Source: Psammoneis japonica
Taxonomy: Eukaryota
NCBI GenBank assembly: GCA_008632985.1
Contig: QPGO01000005.1
Location: 951,607-1,015,606 of the forward strand
Length of the DNA stretch: 64,000 bases
Direction: 5' to 3'
Positions within the stretch are counted from its first letter, which is position 1, and the number at the start of each line of letters is the position of its first letter. Positions 34,831-46,400 of the stretch are shown here, in pieces. Made by a program: the position numbers and the translations under genes. The notes beneath the pieces are model-generated. The model ran no database searches and had not been told where the DNA came from. It saw only the letters and a list, made by a program, of their open reading frames with translations.

Positions 34831-35985
34831 ATGTGTTGCCAGGGTTAAGTCTTTGCTCTAGATCATTATCATCTTTTCTTCAAGGCATGTTGGGGCTCTC
34901 ATGCGGTGCCTTTCTGAGTTGTCTTTTCTGATCGTTTCCTGTTGACGTCTACGCAGTACACTATACACTGCTCTCCTTCAAGTCATTGCTTGGACTCTTC
35001 CCCAAACTCTAGCTAGCTAGCTTAGCTGGAGAGAAGGGGTATTAACAAGTAATAATTATGAAAAAGCGTAACAAATTCATTTCAAAACAGAGTTCACGCG
35101 CCCATAGTCTCAAATGAACCTTTTTCCGCTGTGTCAAGTTTCAACTCACCTCTATCTACTTCTCTTGTAGAAAATAGCATTGGTTAAGTTTAAGGTTCTC
35201 GAAATGCAGGTACGTGGTCGCTTCGGAATTCGAAGGTAAGGCCGCGACGTATCCCTCAAGAGAGACAGGCTCATTCCATCCAACTCGTTCGCTCTCCAAC
35301 GAACGATTGACAGGCAATACTTGTAGCTAGAGTGATGACGATAAAGGCAGCTAAGAAAGGTAGCTATTTTTCGGATTCTTTATCAAAATAGACTATTCTC
35401 TAGCTAGCTTTCTCTACTAGTAGGGCCTAGATGGCGAGCTCTCCATTAGACAGCGCGCGAGGGAAAGGCATCCCTTTCCACAATGATGTCTCCCCCTTAA
35501 ATAATCGAAAATGCCACTTTCAACTTACCGTACTGTACAGTACTGAGCTTTTGTACAGTATGTAATTGCGGCCTACCTACCGGGCGGTATGAAACTACTA
35601 GTTCTTGACATCCAGAATCGATCAGGCATAAATAAAAATGTATCGTACAGTGCTGTATGTACGAGGTCACTTCTTCGCACAAGAGGAGTCACTTGAGCAC
35701 AAAAAACAAATCTGTTTACCTTTGTTTACTGGCACTGTAGGCCCTGCTCTCTCTGGTGGAGTGTTTGCGTTTCTCACCTGTTGACACATTGACAGGTGGT
35801 GTGGTGCTTTTTACTGCTGATTTGTTTTTGGTGGTGGGCACCGGAGATCCCGGTGAGGCTTGTTTGTCTCGATGTCTCTCCAAGTGCAGTCGGGACAGCC
35901 TCACACCAGCTTTCTCGTGTGACTTCACTTTTTTGCTTTGTCATTCTTCAGTGGGTCATCTTCAACCGATCCATGCTCTTCAAGG

Positions 35986-38006
35986 ATGCGCGTTCTCGGT
36001 CCCCTTTGGGGGTTGTGTGCTTTGTTCTGTCTCGGCAACGAAGTCAAGCCTGTTGTGCCGACCTGTGATTGCCCCGCATTGCCAACCGTGAACTTGACAG
36101 CGAATTTTGTGTTTGTCGTTTTCGCAAAAGACCAGCTGGTGCAGGATGATCTTGATGATTTTGGCACTCTCTTCAACAAGACGCATGTGGAATTCTTGGA
36201 AAGCAAAAATTGTTTGGAAGATCTTCGCAAGATCAATGCAGTCGTGGTTGAGTTTGACAGCATTGTTCCTGTCAGCGTCGCTGAGGGCAACTGCAATCTT
36301 CAGTGTAGCTTGCTTGTCGAGGTTACAGGGACGTGTCGGACGTCAGGCAAATGCACAAGTTTCTTTGCGAAGAAGAGAATGGGCAAAGGGAAAGGGAAAT
36401 CGAAAGGCAGGAGAAAGAAGCACAAGACCAATGGACCTGGACGCTCACACGGACGTGGGCCCAGAGGTGACTCAAGCGGTGATGCCAAAGGTTTGTTTGC
36501 CATCAGCGAGCCCGGAAGCCAATTCAGGCAAAACACCACACAAAATTGTGAAAAATGCAAAAAACTTGGAAGAGACAAGTTTCTTGATTTGTTCAGCGAA
36601 AAGGTTGCCACGGAATCCGCTGGTGACCCGACAAAGAAAATGTGCTCTTCTAAGTCAGGGAAGGAGTTTGTGTCAAGGCCCATCGACGAGTGTGATCCGA
36701 ATGACTTTGTCGCTTCTAACGCTAGATTTGGGTTTTCCTTTGCAGCGACTTGCGATGAAACCAACCCTGTTTTTCTACAGAAGTTGACTGCCGAGTTGCG
36801 GAGCATTGGATTTGAATCGGTTCCTAGAATCAATCGACCATTTCCGAAAAATGCGACCCTGAGTTCCCAATCATCAAAACTCTTGAGCTGGATTCTGCAG
36901 TTGTTGAGGCCTGTGGCTTCTCTGAAGTGCGACGACCAAGACGATTTTTTGGCCAATGTTCGGGTGGCGCAAGGAAATCGAGATCCAGAAAGCTCAATGA
37001 CAGGCGTCTTCTTGCTTTGGATGATGATCACAGCGCATTCAACAGGGAACTCAGTCATGGCATTGGCGTGGGACTCCCTCCATGCGCGTGCAGCGCCGAC
37101 ACCACACTTGCCCATGTCACTTCCAAAGATTTGAAACAGGCGTTTAATTCGCAAATCGAAATCCTGCGCAAATCTGGAAGTGTTGAATGTGTCAGAAACG
37201 GATTTGATTCTGCTGAGCGCGAGGATGACAATGACCCTGACTGTGACCCAGGAGAAGCATTGCCAAAGGCAGGTGCCAATTGTGGGGAAGGCAACCAGTT
37301 TGCCCTTGAAGTCAACTGCAACAATGGTGAAGCGTTTGAGTGTGACGAGTGTGCCACCGATGTTGCCCCCGTTTTCCGAGAAGGCTTTGTGCCAGAAGAA
37401 GGTGCAACGGGTTTCTCTCATCAGAGATGTGTCTCGGAGTTTTCCTGTTTCTCCTTGATCGTCAATGATCCATTTCCTCCGGGCAGTGCACTTTCCGTGA
37501 CATTGGACGGCGCACCCGAGTTGTCCGTTGGACCTGCAGTTGTCAGCTCTGGTGGATTTGACCTGAATTTTGGATTCTGCAATGCTCCCGACAAATGCGG
37601 TGAGTGCGACGAAGGCAACGGAGGACCGCAATGTTTGTCGCCATTTTGTTGTGACAGCGTAGAAGATGGCAGGTGTGATTTCTGCGGTGATTGCCTTCAA
37701 GGCTCGTGCAGAGGTCTTTGCAGCTTTTGTGCTGCTTGCGGCGAGGCTCCTCTGGATCCTCCCATTCAATGCGGCCCAAACTGTGGAGCTGAGACTGAGG
37801 GCGTGCCAGCATGCGGAACAGATGGTTGCGCTGAATGCGAAGAGATTTCTGAAGCTTGTCCTCCACCAAGCTGCCCTGACGCATGTGGCGAGCGTGCAGA
37901 TTCACTTGCAGTCACTCTCTGTGCAGTCCAAGTGAACGCGAATCTTGTGAGGACGTCTGCCAAATGGACGGGGACTCGTGTTTGCTCGTGTGGGAAAGAG
38001 GGATGA
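35986..38006 (+). pseudogene. Secreted Cys-rich protein gene, TpA-depleted and frameshifted (~36820): block B
   Basis: Signal peptide 'MRVLGPLWGLCALFCLG'. Two overlapping ORFs (398 and 359 aa) contain no Tyr at all. The second frame picks up at 'STISEKCDPEFPIIK'. 36001-36300 has 0 TpA but 13 CpG. Confidence 0.7.
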
Positions 38007-38562
38007 AGCCGTTGCTTGACAGCTGAAGCTGCAGAACTGCAGAAATGCGCGTTGGATGAGCAAGGGCATTTCATGACTTTTCAACACAGTGATTGACATC
38101 CAGTCACAACAACTCAGTGGTGGCAGAAGTCAGGTTTTTGATTTGTTTTGTTGGAACGCTGTTCTCTCTAGGAAAGCACTTGTGATGGTCATTTGTCTCT
38201 CTCTCTCTCTCTCTTGCTAGCTAGAAAGGATCTGGCACCCATCAGGATCTCCTTGCAGATTCTACTTTGAAGCAACTCAAATGTCACCGTGTCTCGAAGC
38301 TGTTTGAAAAGTTCCCGTCTGGGACACACGGCATTTTGTCGCATTTGGCGACATTTTCTTAAATGAATTGATGATTTGTCGCGAAAAGACGCGAATTGCG
38401 ACAAAATGTCCGGGTTGGCGATAAACGGGACAGAAACATTGTTTAATTAAGTTATGAAATGATTAATGTCATTTATAACCAACCTGAACTTTGGCGATGT
38501 CGTTTCAATAAGTGGGGTAATTAACAGAATTTGGCGATCGATGTCATCGACGAAAATTCATC

Positions 38563-38757
38563 CGACAAAATTTGTCGTATACGACAAAATTTGTCGGACA
38601 TCCGACAAATTTGTCGGATGTCCGACAAAATTTGTCGCATACGACAAGACACGACACGACACGACACGACACGACAAGACACGACACGACACGACAAGAC
38701 ACGACACGACACGACAAGACACGACACGACACGACACGACACGTCACGACACGACGA
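38563..38757 (+). repeat. Four CGACAAA(A)TTTGTCG palindromes followed by a (CGACA/AGACA)n microsatellite
   Basis: Palindromes start at 38563, 38582, 38603 and 38623. Pentamer run 38642-38757. Confidence 0.95.
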
Positions 38758-39031
38758 CTCACGAACGAAACACCCACGCCCCCCGCACACGCTAACCGCT
38801 AACGTCTCCGTTGACACTACCGGTATGTCTCTTTTGCGCGATGATGCAAAGCGACGATCATGCCGCTCTCGGCGGTCTCCATACTCTCGTCAATACCGGG
38901 ACAACAACACTTCTACATAGTGCAACGGAATGTACCGGTATGTATTGCTGTACTGTACCTTTTATCAGTACGACTGGGCACTTCTGAATGTTGGGGAGCG
39001 TTGCGTTATCGGTATGTCGCAAACGTCCGTC

Positions 39032-39216
39032 TGTCGGCGTTTGTCGGCTCTTGTCGGCTCTTGTCGGCGTTTGTCGTACGTTGTCGGGGTTTGTCGGGGC
39101 TTGTCGGGGTTTGTCGGGGTTTGTCGGGGTTTGTCGGATACGACAAAATTTGTCGTACGTCCGACAAAATTTGTCGTACATCCGACAAAATTTGTCGTAT
39201 CCGACAAAATTTGTCG
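39032..39216 (+). repeat. 10-mer TTGTCG-containing tandem repeats followed by four CGACAAAATTTGTCG palindromes
   Basis: 'ttgtcggggt'-type units 39032-39137. Palindromes start at 39141, 39162, 39183 and 39202. Confidence 0.95.
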
Positions 39217-39605
39217 TACGTACGACAAAATCGCCAAAACATTAATTAATAAGTACAGTCTTCGCCGAAAGTTAAATTCATCATATAGCACTGTAGTTGA
39301 TATAACGTGTGTGTTTAGGACACGCCATCGCCAATTAAATGATGATTTTGTCTTATTTTTCGCCAACGGTTGAAATTTGTCTCAAAGGGCGTTTTTCACG
39401 ACAAATCGTCCAATTCATTTATGGGAATGTCGCAATTGGCGACAAAATGCCGTGTGTCCCTGCTGAGAATCGCGCACGGCGGCATTTTCAATTTAGACCG
39501 CGAAACATCAGGGGCGAAGACAGACCATTCGTTTCACTCTTTGTATTGTGTGACGGACGCGCGTCATCATCCGGCATTTTTGCGACGAGCGTTCACAGAA
39601 CGATG

Positions 39606-39812
39606 ATGCCACAGTCAACAACCAAAGTCCCGTCGGCGTTGATTGCACCACCAACATTGCTTGCAACCAATGCAGCACTGCTGCACAATGGGATGATCAG
39701 CTCATGACAAAAAGCACCACAGAAAACAGAAAATCGAAAAAGAGCTCGAGAAAACAAAAATCACAAGGGATTGACGAACGCCACAAGGACAGCGACAACC
39801 ACAAAAAGTCTC
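39606..39812 (+). pseudogene. Mutated duplicate of the upstream region and first ~40 codons of the gene at 60904
   Basis: 39688 'atgggatgatcagctcatgacaaaaagc…aaaagtctc' aligns by eye with 60904 'atgggacgatcagctcatgacgaaaagc…aaaagtctc'. Confidence 0.88.
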
Positions 39813-39814
39813 AA

Positions 39815-40652
39815 GTTGCTGCTCTGCCGCCAGTCATGTGTGCATGTTGTCTGGTTGCACTGTCTTGCATTGGTGCAAGATGCAACAAGTGACCATGGCC
39901 AGTGTGGCTGAGGCAGAGTTTTTCGCAGCTGGTGCTGCTGGAGAGCAAGTGCTCCTGCGCCTTTGCCGCATTGTCAAGGAGCTGGGATTCGCCCAAGTCA
40001 GACTGACTCCCGTGTTTGTTGTCAAGAACAAACTGACCATCAGGGTCACCAACAACTGTGCCCCCACTGAGCGATCCTGTCACATCATTGAGCGATCTTG
40101 CCACATCACCACCCAGTGGTTTGTTGCCCAAAACCAGAGAGAGACAGGCCATGTTGTCGCTGGACACATCCCTGGCATCACCAGCACAAGCAATGCCTGT
40201 GCCCAGGCTCTTGAAACAATGCTGCACACCCACCATGCTCATTGCATGATGGGGCACTGCCTTTGACATTTTGCCACTGAGTCTGATGGCATCTGCTGAA
40301 CGCAGCCCTTTTGCATTGTGTGGTTTCTTTCTGGTTGACTGGAGCCTTCCCCGCAGCCATTTGTTGTGACCATTGTGATCTTCATTGTCCAGTTTGGGCA
40401 CGTTGGGTGAGGGGGGTGTCAGCTGGCAAATGGCGTGGCACTTGGCCAGATTGCATGCACTGGACAAGGTCACAGGCACTTTTGGATGGCAGAGCAGATC
40501 TCAGGTCAAGATCTTCTCCTCACTCTTTCTCGCTGGCATGCATGTTGTCCCTGTTGCTGGTTTGCAGGGAGGCTCTGCATGCTTGTTGCTCTTGCTGTCA
40601 CTGCTCCATCAGTTGCACATGTTTCTTGTGAGCAGCCAGTGGCTGGTTGACA
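39815..40652 (+). mobile_element. Decayed Ty1/copia 3' end: RNase H, polypurine tract and probable 3' LTR
   Basis: 'CMLSGCTVLHWCKMQQVTMASVAEAEFFAAG' and 'RSCHITTQWFVAQ'. PPT GGGTGAGGGGGG (40405-40416), then TG at 40417. The LTR resembles those at 50512-50701 and 60243-60516. Right end tentative. Confidence 0.75.
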
Positions 40653-42369
40653 GAAATTGAAGATGACTGGGTGGAAGAAAACAATGGCTCCTTGCTCCTG
40701 CTGTCTAAACAGCAGATGAGCCTCCATGCAGAGACTGTCACAGGAGCCAAAAGACTGGTGTCATGATGTTGGTGCTGCTGTCATTGTTCTTCTTGTGAAC
40801 CAAGTGGCTCAAAAGCAAGCTGCACTGCACATTGTGCATGGAACTGAGAACACACACAATTGTGTGAGACAAGCCAAAATCTTGTTTAAATCCTGTCACT
40901 CCCCAGTTTGCTTTGGGAGTCTACAGCAACAGATTCTTCAAGGTCAGATTGGACAAAGGCTTGGGATTAAAGTTCCAGAACATCAGAGGGCAGAGGAGGC
41001 TCCAGATCTGGGATCAGCCCCTGTGCTTGCTGAGAATGTCAGTCAGTTTGCGGGAACCTTTGCATGGTGGATGGAGAGGGTGGTGTGTTGCTTGTGTGAC
41101 TTGGAGCGAGGGATGGCAGCACTGTCCACAACTGGCTTGTTGTCCCCAAACATGTGACACATGTCATGAGTTGGGACACCAAGGCAACACAAAGTGATGG
41201 GAAGACCAATGATCTGTTCAACACATGTCCTTGCAGCAACAACCAGAGATCATCCACACATTTCAGTCTCAACTGTTGCTTGTTTCTTGGAGAGCCAATT
41301 GGCCAGAAACTTGTTGAGGAAATGGATGACACCCATGACAGAGCATCCAGTGAGCACTCAATGGAGCAAGTTTGTGTCAACATGGTGGGTCGTGGTGACA
41401 AACTTGCCAAGTGGCTCAGGCATGTCTTGCGAGAGGAACTCTTCTGCCTCCCCACACACAGAGTGAGCCCAGTCGTGCACTGGCTCAGGCAGGTCCAAAC
41501 AGTTGGGTTCCTTGGTGCACACTCGGAGGGCACCATGTTGCATCTTGGACAGGTGTCTGCAGACATGTTTGGCACAATCTAGAAGGCCTTGATGGGGTGC
41601 TGCATGCAAGCTAGACAGGGACATGACTTCCACAGCAATGTCAGTGTGCGACGGAGCAATGCAGCCCTTTGCAGGGAACCAACCAAGGACTGGAGTTCAT
41701 GGATGCCATCGGGTTTGAGCAATTTGGAGGTGTCAAGCTCAGGGTGGACTCCTTTTTCAAGAGGGGAAAGCATGCCAGAGTGAGGCTTTTCTCCAAAGAG
41801 ACATGCACAGTTGTCAACCATGCGCTCAATGCACTTGCAAGGAGCAAGGCACAGGGAGCATCGGAGTCATGAGTGAAGTTTCAACCAAGGTGGAACTCCA
41901 ATGATCTAGCACCCTTGAGCTTGAACTTGCATTTCTCTGTGAGGGTGTTTGCAAAAGCTTGAGGGTCCTTCAAGGTGAAAGCCAGGTTGTCCACATGTGT
42001 TGCCATGTGTTCACATTGGTTGCTCATCAGAGCACACAACATGGTGATCATCACACATCTTTTCATTGTGATTTTCATTCCTTTTGTGGACAATTTTTTT
42101 GTGGTTTCAAACCTCGTTGGTTGTGCAGCTGGCAATGACATGTCAATTGTGACAGATTGACATTTTCATGCTGTGGGATCAGACCCCCCCTCCCCATGAG
42201 GAAAATTGTTTCGCTGTGAAACAGGGGCACGTTTTCACCATGAGAGTGCCCACCCTCTGTCCTTGCAAAACCTGCAAATTAAAATCATTTGCGTTGCACC
42301 ATGAACGTTCCATTTTGTTGTTTGCATTCAAACTAAATGACGCCAACAGAGACAACACCCTAGAGTCTG

Positions 42370-42840
42370 CAGCAGTTGCAGCTCACTTTCTTCAAGTGCC
42401 GCTGCTGGCAACCACCTTGTTCATTGCCAAAAAAGTGCAGAATGTGTTGTGAGAGTGCAGCGTGGATGAGCCAACACCACCAACAGGAGTGGCAACATGG
42501 GCTTGCCGGCACATCCAGTGCCGCTGATTCTGGAACAGGTGAGTTTGCAGCAGGAGCTGCTGCTCCATTGTTTGAAGTGCCGCTGCTCTGTTCTGCCTCA
42601 TTCATTGCCAAAAAGAGCAAAACACATTGTGAGAGTGTTGCATGGATGAACCAACACAACCCATGGGAACGGCAACATGGGTGTGCCAGTGCACCCGACA
42701 CCACTGATTCTGGAGCAGGCAAGTTTGCAGCAGAAGTGCTGTTGCTCCTCTGGCACTGATCCACCTTGTTCATTGCTGAAAAGCACAGAGCACATTGTGA
42801 GAGCATGATGCAGATGAACTGGCATGAACCACAGCACACA
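42370..42840 (+). repeat. Three degenerate ~170-180 bp tandem repeats
   Basis: 'ttcattgc…ttgtgagag…gatga' recurs at ~42420, ~42601 and ~42769. Confidence 0.8.
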
Positions 42841-42979
42841 CTCACCGGTGCATTGGTGCATCTGGCGCAGCTGATTCAGGAGCAACGTAGATGCCGGTGT
42901 GCAGTGTGAGATGTGGAGCCCCCAGCTCCACCCCTGCAACTCAAAGAAAACACAGAAAGAAAGCATGTGAGCAAGCAAA

Positions 42980-43400
42980 AAACCTCCTGTGCTGCGGACG
43001 GTGCACTGATGACATGTTTGGAGCACAGACCAGAAACAGCAGAGAGACTTGGGAAGCCTTTAAAAATGAGCCCAACAGTTCAGGCAACCTTCGATGGGTT
43101 GCCTCCCCACTCTCCACCTCTGCAGTCTTTCTGGATCCGGACACAGAAATTGGAGAAGATGGGTGCAACGCAAGTGAACACATCAAAAACAAACGAAGCT
43201 CTTTTTGTGCATGCCTTTTTTGAAGAGTGCCAATTGTGGTGTTGCAATGAACTTTTCATGTGTGTGATTCTGAGAGCTGCAGGAACAAGCACCGCCTGCA
43301 GTCTTTCTGGATCTGGGTGCAGAAATTGGAGAAGATGGATGTGTTGTTGGCAAATGCATCAAAAACCAATGAACCTCTTTTTGCACACACCTTGTTTGAA
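42980..43400 (+). mobile_element. Penelope-like reverse transcriptase fragment (decayed, internally duplicated)
   Basis: 'LLCCGRCTDDMFG…TWEAFK…GNLRW…SAVFLD' and 'HQKPMNLFLHTP' match YY.RY.DD…V.FLD…YQKPMNL.LY.P after reversing Y->C/H. Confidence 0.65.
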
Positions 43401-46400
43401 CAGTGTAATTTGTGGCAACTTGTGATGATTCTGGACGCAAAACTCTGACATGCACGATTGCACCAATGCTGCAGAAAAGCAAGTTTGTGACGTGTGTGCA
43501 CACAACACACAACAACACACCAGCAGCTCAGCATTCTGGATGTGGCAGATTCATGACAGCACACTCGCGATCACAAAATTCAAGCTGTGCCTGAATGAAG
43601 CCCCGCCTTGACCAACCAGAAGGACAGCAGGTTTTGCCATGCATGGAGCTGCTGTCATCAGCCAATGGGGCAAAGTCTGTGTCACCACCATGGCCAGTTG
43701 TTGATTTGCAGATTTGCAACCACACGCAGGTTCCACGTGAATCACAACAGCACACGCTCTTGTTTTTCAAACTTTGGGGAGAGGGTGTGCTGTTGTGAAG
43801 TGTGCAGAAAATTGCGCATGCAAAACACATGCTGAAAATGCCGTAGACCAACGTGCTGCACAAATCTGGGAAACATGAAGAAAAATGAAGGTGGGTCACG
43901 TGCGTGTGTGAAGTGCTGCAGACTGCACACTGCAAAGACACACACACAAGTGAGGAGGACAAAGTTAAAACCAAGTTCAAATTGATCACGATCAAAAGGA
44001 AACCAAACCATGCATCACAAAAAACAGATTTTGATCTCAATTGAATTAAACATTGCGTGCATTTGATTGAAGCTTGTGCAAGAAAAGTCAATGAGACATC
44101 AGATGAAATGCAAAAAACAGCTTCATTTTGTTGAGCACTTTTGCTGGCATTTTTTTAAATTCTGCTTGTTGACAATTTTTTGACAATGCACATTAAAAGT
44201 TTTGCAAAACAAAGTGGAAACCACTGCATTGCTGCCTCTGATGCTGTTCTGATGCAACCCGATGTCGAGTTCAGCACAACACAGGAAGAAACCTCTGGCG
44301 TGCAAACAATTGGCAAAGCATTCATGCCACCTGAGGCCAGAGCTGCAGAGTCCATGTAGAGCCTTGTGGATGACAAGGATGTGTCCTTCCAGCTCACCAA
44401 ATTTGGGGCCTGCTGGTGCAATGTGCAGTTTCTCTTTGGCTGCAGCTTTGAGACAGGTGTTGCCAATGTCGGTTGCCCATGTCTCTCCAGTTCATTGAGT
44501 TCAGCCAGGAAGATCATCAGCCAAAGACCACAGAGGGGCACCACTTCAGAGCAGACACTGTCAATGGGCAGCACATCTGTGAGGCATCTGTTGTTGACAA
44601 GTTGTGCCTGGCCTTGTGCCTGCTGTCATGCTTGATGTCATGGATGAGGTGGACCCTGATCCTCTTGTGTCTTGCTGGGGCACCGCTGGAGTCCTTGCAG
44701 TGGTGTTCACAATTGTGAAACACCTTGCACTCACCAAGCTGAGTCATCTCAAGGTCTGTTGCAGCTCCCCACTCATGGTTGCCATTGTGTGCTTGTCGAG
44801 GGCCTGTGTGTGCTTGCAGTCCCAGGGCACTTCACAGCCATGCTTGCATCATGGTGCGCAGTGTGAAACAAGCACAGCTTGGTTTGGTTGGCCATGTGGA
44901 ACAGCTTCTTCTGGTGCAGAGCTGTGGTTTGGTGGAAGCATTTCCATCCATTGGTTTCAAGTGAGCCATGCTCACATGCGCAGATGGCACAGGTGATGGC
45001 ATTGTCTTTGGCAATGATGGCAAGAGGTTCAGATGTGATCTCCCCATCTTCCCATTCAAGCCACAACGGGCAGCACCAATGTCATGTCACCAGTCTTTCA
45101 GCTCCTGCAATGGGGTCTTTGCACAGAGACTCACCCACCAATTGGACAGCAGCAAGGAGTCATTGTTTTCTTCCACCCAGTGTGGCTGTGACAAACAAAA
45201 ATGTTGTTCAAATTGTGTTGCTGGTTGAATTGTGCACTTGGGTCATGTTGGCATTGAGGCTGTGGCTTGTGGGTCTGAGCTTGTTGCTGCAACAACAGCA
45301 CCAAGACTTGTGCAAAACAGATTGTTGACTCTCATGATGGCGGGCCTGTTTTGCACTGCATCAGTGTCCTGATCCACAGCACCAGCCACACATTCAGTGA
45401 GACAGCAAGTCAGTCATGGGCACCATGCTGCTGCTCTGCACTTCAAAGAGCCACACAAGCAAAATGCAACCCTCTCATTTCACCACATCCATGAGGCAAC
45501 AATTGCTTCAGGTTTTGTGCCCAGTTTGTGGGCTGCACTCTCTGGAAATGCTGAGACAGTGGTGTCTCAAAGTTTGATGATGAATGTGGAGCAACCCAGA
45601 AAAATTTGATTGAAAGACAGAAGCAGAAATGACAACACAAAATGTCAACAACACCTCAAAGCTTAACAGAAAGTTCTGACTGGGCAGTGGATTGACCCAT
45701 GCACTGTCATGGCTGTTGGTTGTGTGTGTTGGTCTCTCTCAACATTTCACATGTGCTGTCTGTCTGTCCCCACTGCTGGCTTAAAAAGTCTGCCTGCAGG
45801 CCCATTTGTGGCATGCCAGCTCATGTTTCATGCAAGAGAAAGACATGTGAAGTCTGTCCAAGTGACACAGCCAGATTGCGCTCCTTGCCATTTGCCGCTG
45901 CACTTGCCACACCATGCACGTGCATGTCGCCAATGACGCCAACAAAAATTTCATGACATGCTGGGGCAGCAGTTGCTTTTGTGTGGATCCGGGTTCTTGT
46001 CAGCTGTGCTCATGCTTGTTTGAGCTGACTCAGCAAACAGCCCCTCTCAGCGCAGTGGACCAGCTTGCCATTTGCTTCTCACAGTGCTGCTTGGCTTCCA
46101 GAAATCAACACAAACCCACAATCATCCCCTGCACACAGGACACAGGTGTCAAAGCAGCACAAGAACAATGAGTGATGGTGTGTGTTTGAGCACCGCCTGT
46201 GTGCCAGCTGTGCATCATCATGTGCTCAATGGCGGTGCGCCACAGCAGTGCCAGCAGGGAGTCAACCCATTGCCCCTTCTTGGCCACACATCGCTGCCAC
46301 TTGCTCCTCGCAAAATGTGATCTGGCTCCCTGATGTGGACAAACTTGTTGCAGCCAAGCAGATGTGCAGAGGCAAGCTTTTTGCCACTGCTTTGTTCTCT

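Larger units (their letters stand above)
38321..39460. mobile_element. Non-autonomous TIR element (MITE/foldback-like), 1140 bp, unmutated
   Basis: Ends are an exact 22-bp inverted repeat, GGGACACACGGCATTTTGTCGC, continuing imperfectly for >100 bp. Internal palindrome arrays. No TSD recognised. Confidence 0.85.
42025..44243. mobile_element. 2.2-kb DNA-transposon-like insertion with CATCAGAG termini and 2-bp (CT) target duplication
   Basis: ct|CATCAGAG…CTCTGATG|ct. Removing it plus one CT restores the copia RT frame (…HQN SNQ CEHMATHVDN). Confidence 0.8.
40970..45340 (-). mobile_element. Decayed Ty1/copia (CoDi-like) pol, RT + RNase H, interrupted by an insertion at 42025-44243
   Basis: 'EWEDGEITSEPLAIIAKD', 'HKRIRVHLIHDIKHDSRHKAR', 'IHKALHGLCSSG', 'CEHMATHVDNL' (YEYIATYVDDL), 'NWLSKKQATVET', 'MFGDNKPVVDS', 'DILSKH'. 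Confidence 0.9.

Noticed and set aside
36300..37769. 489-aa minus-strand ORF
   Set aside because: Antisense shadow of the plus-strand gene, made long by the lack of TAA/TAG.
38560..39230. Regularly spaced palindromic repeats as a CRISPR array
   Set aside because: Gaps are only 4-6 bp with no unique spacers, there are no cas genes, the context is eukaryotic and the repeats lie inside a TIR element.
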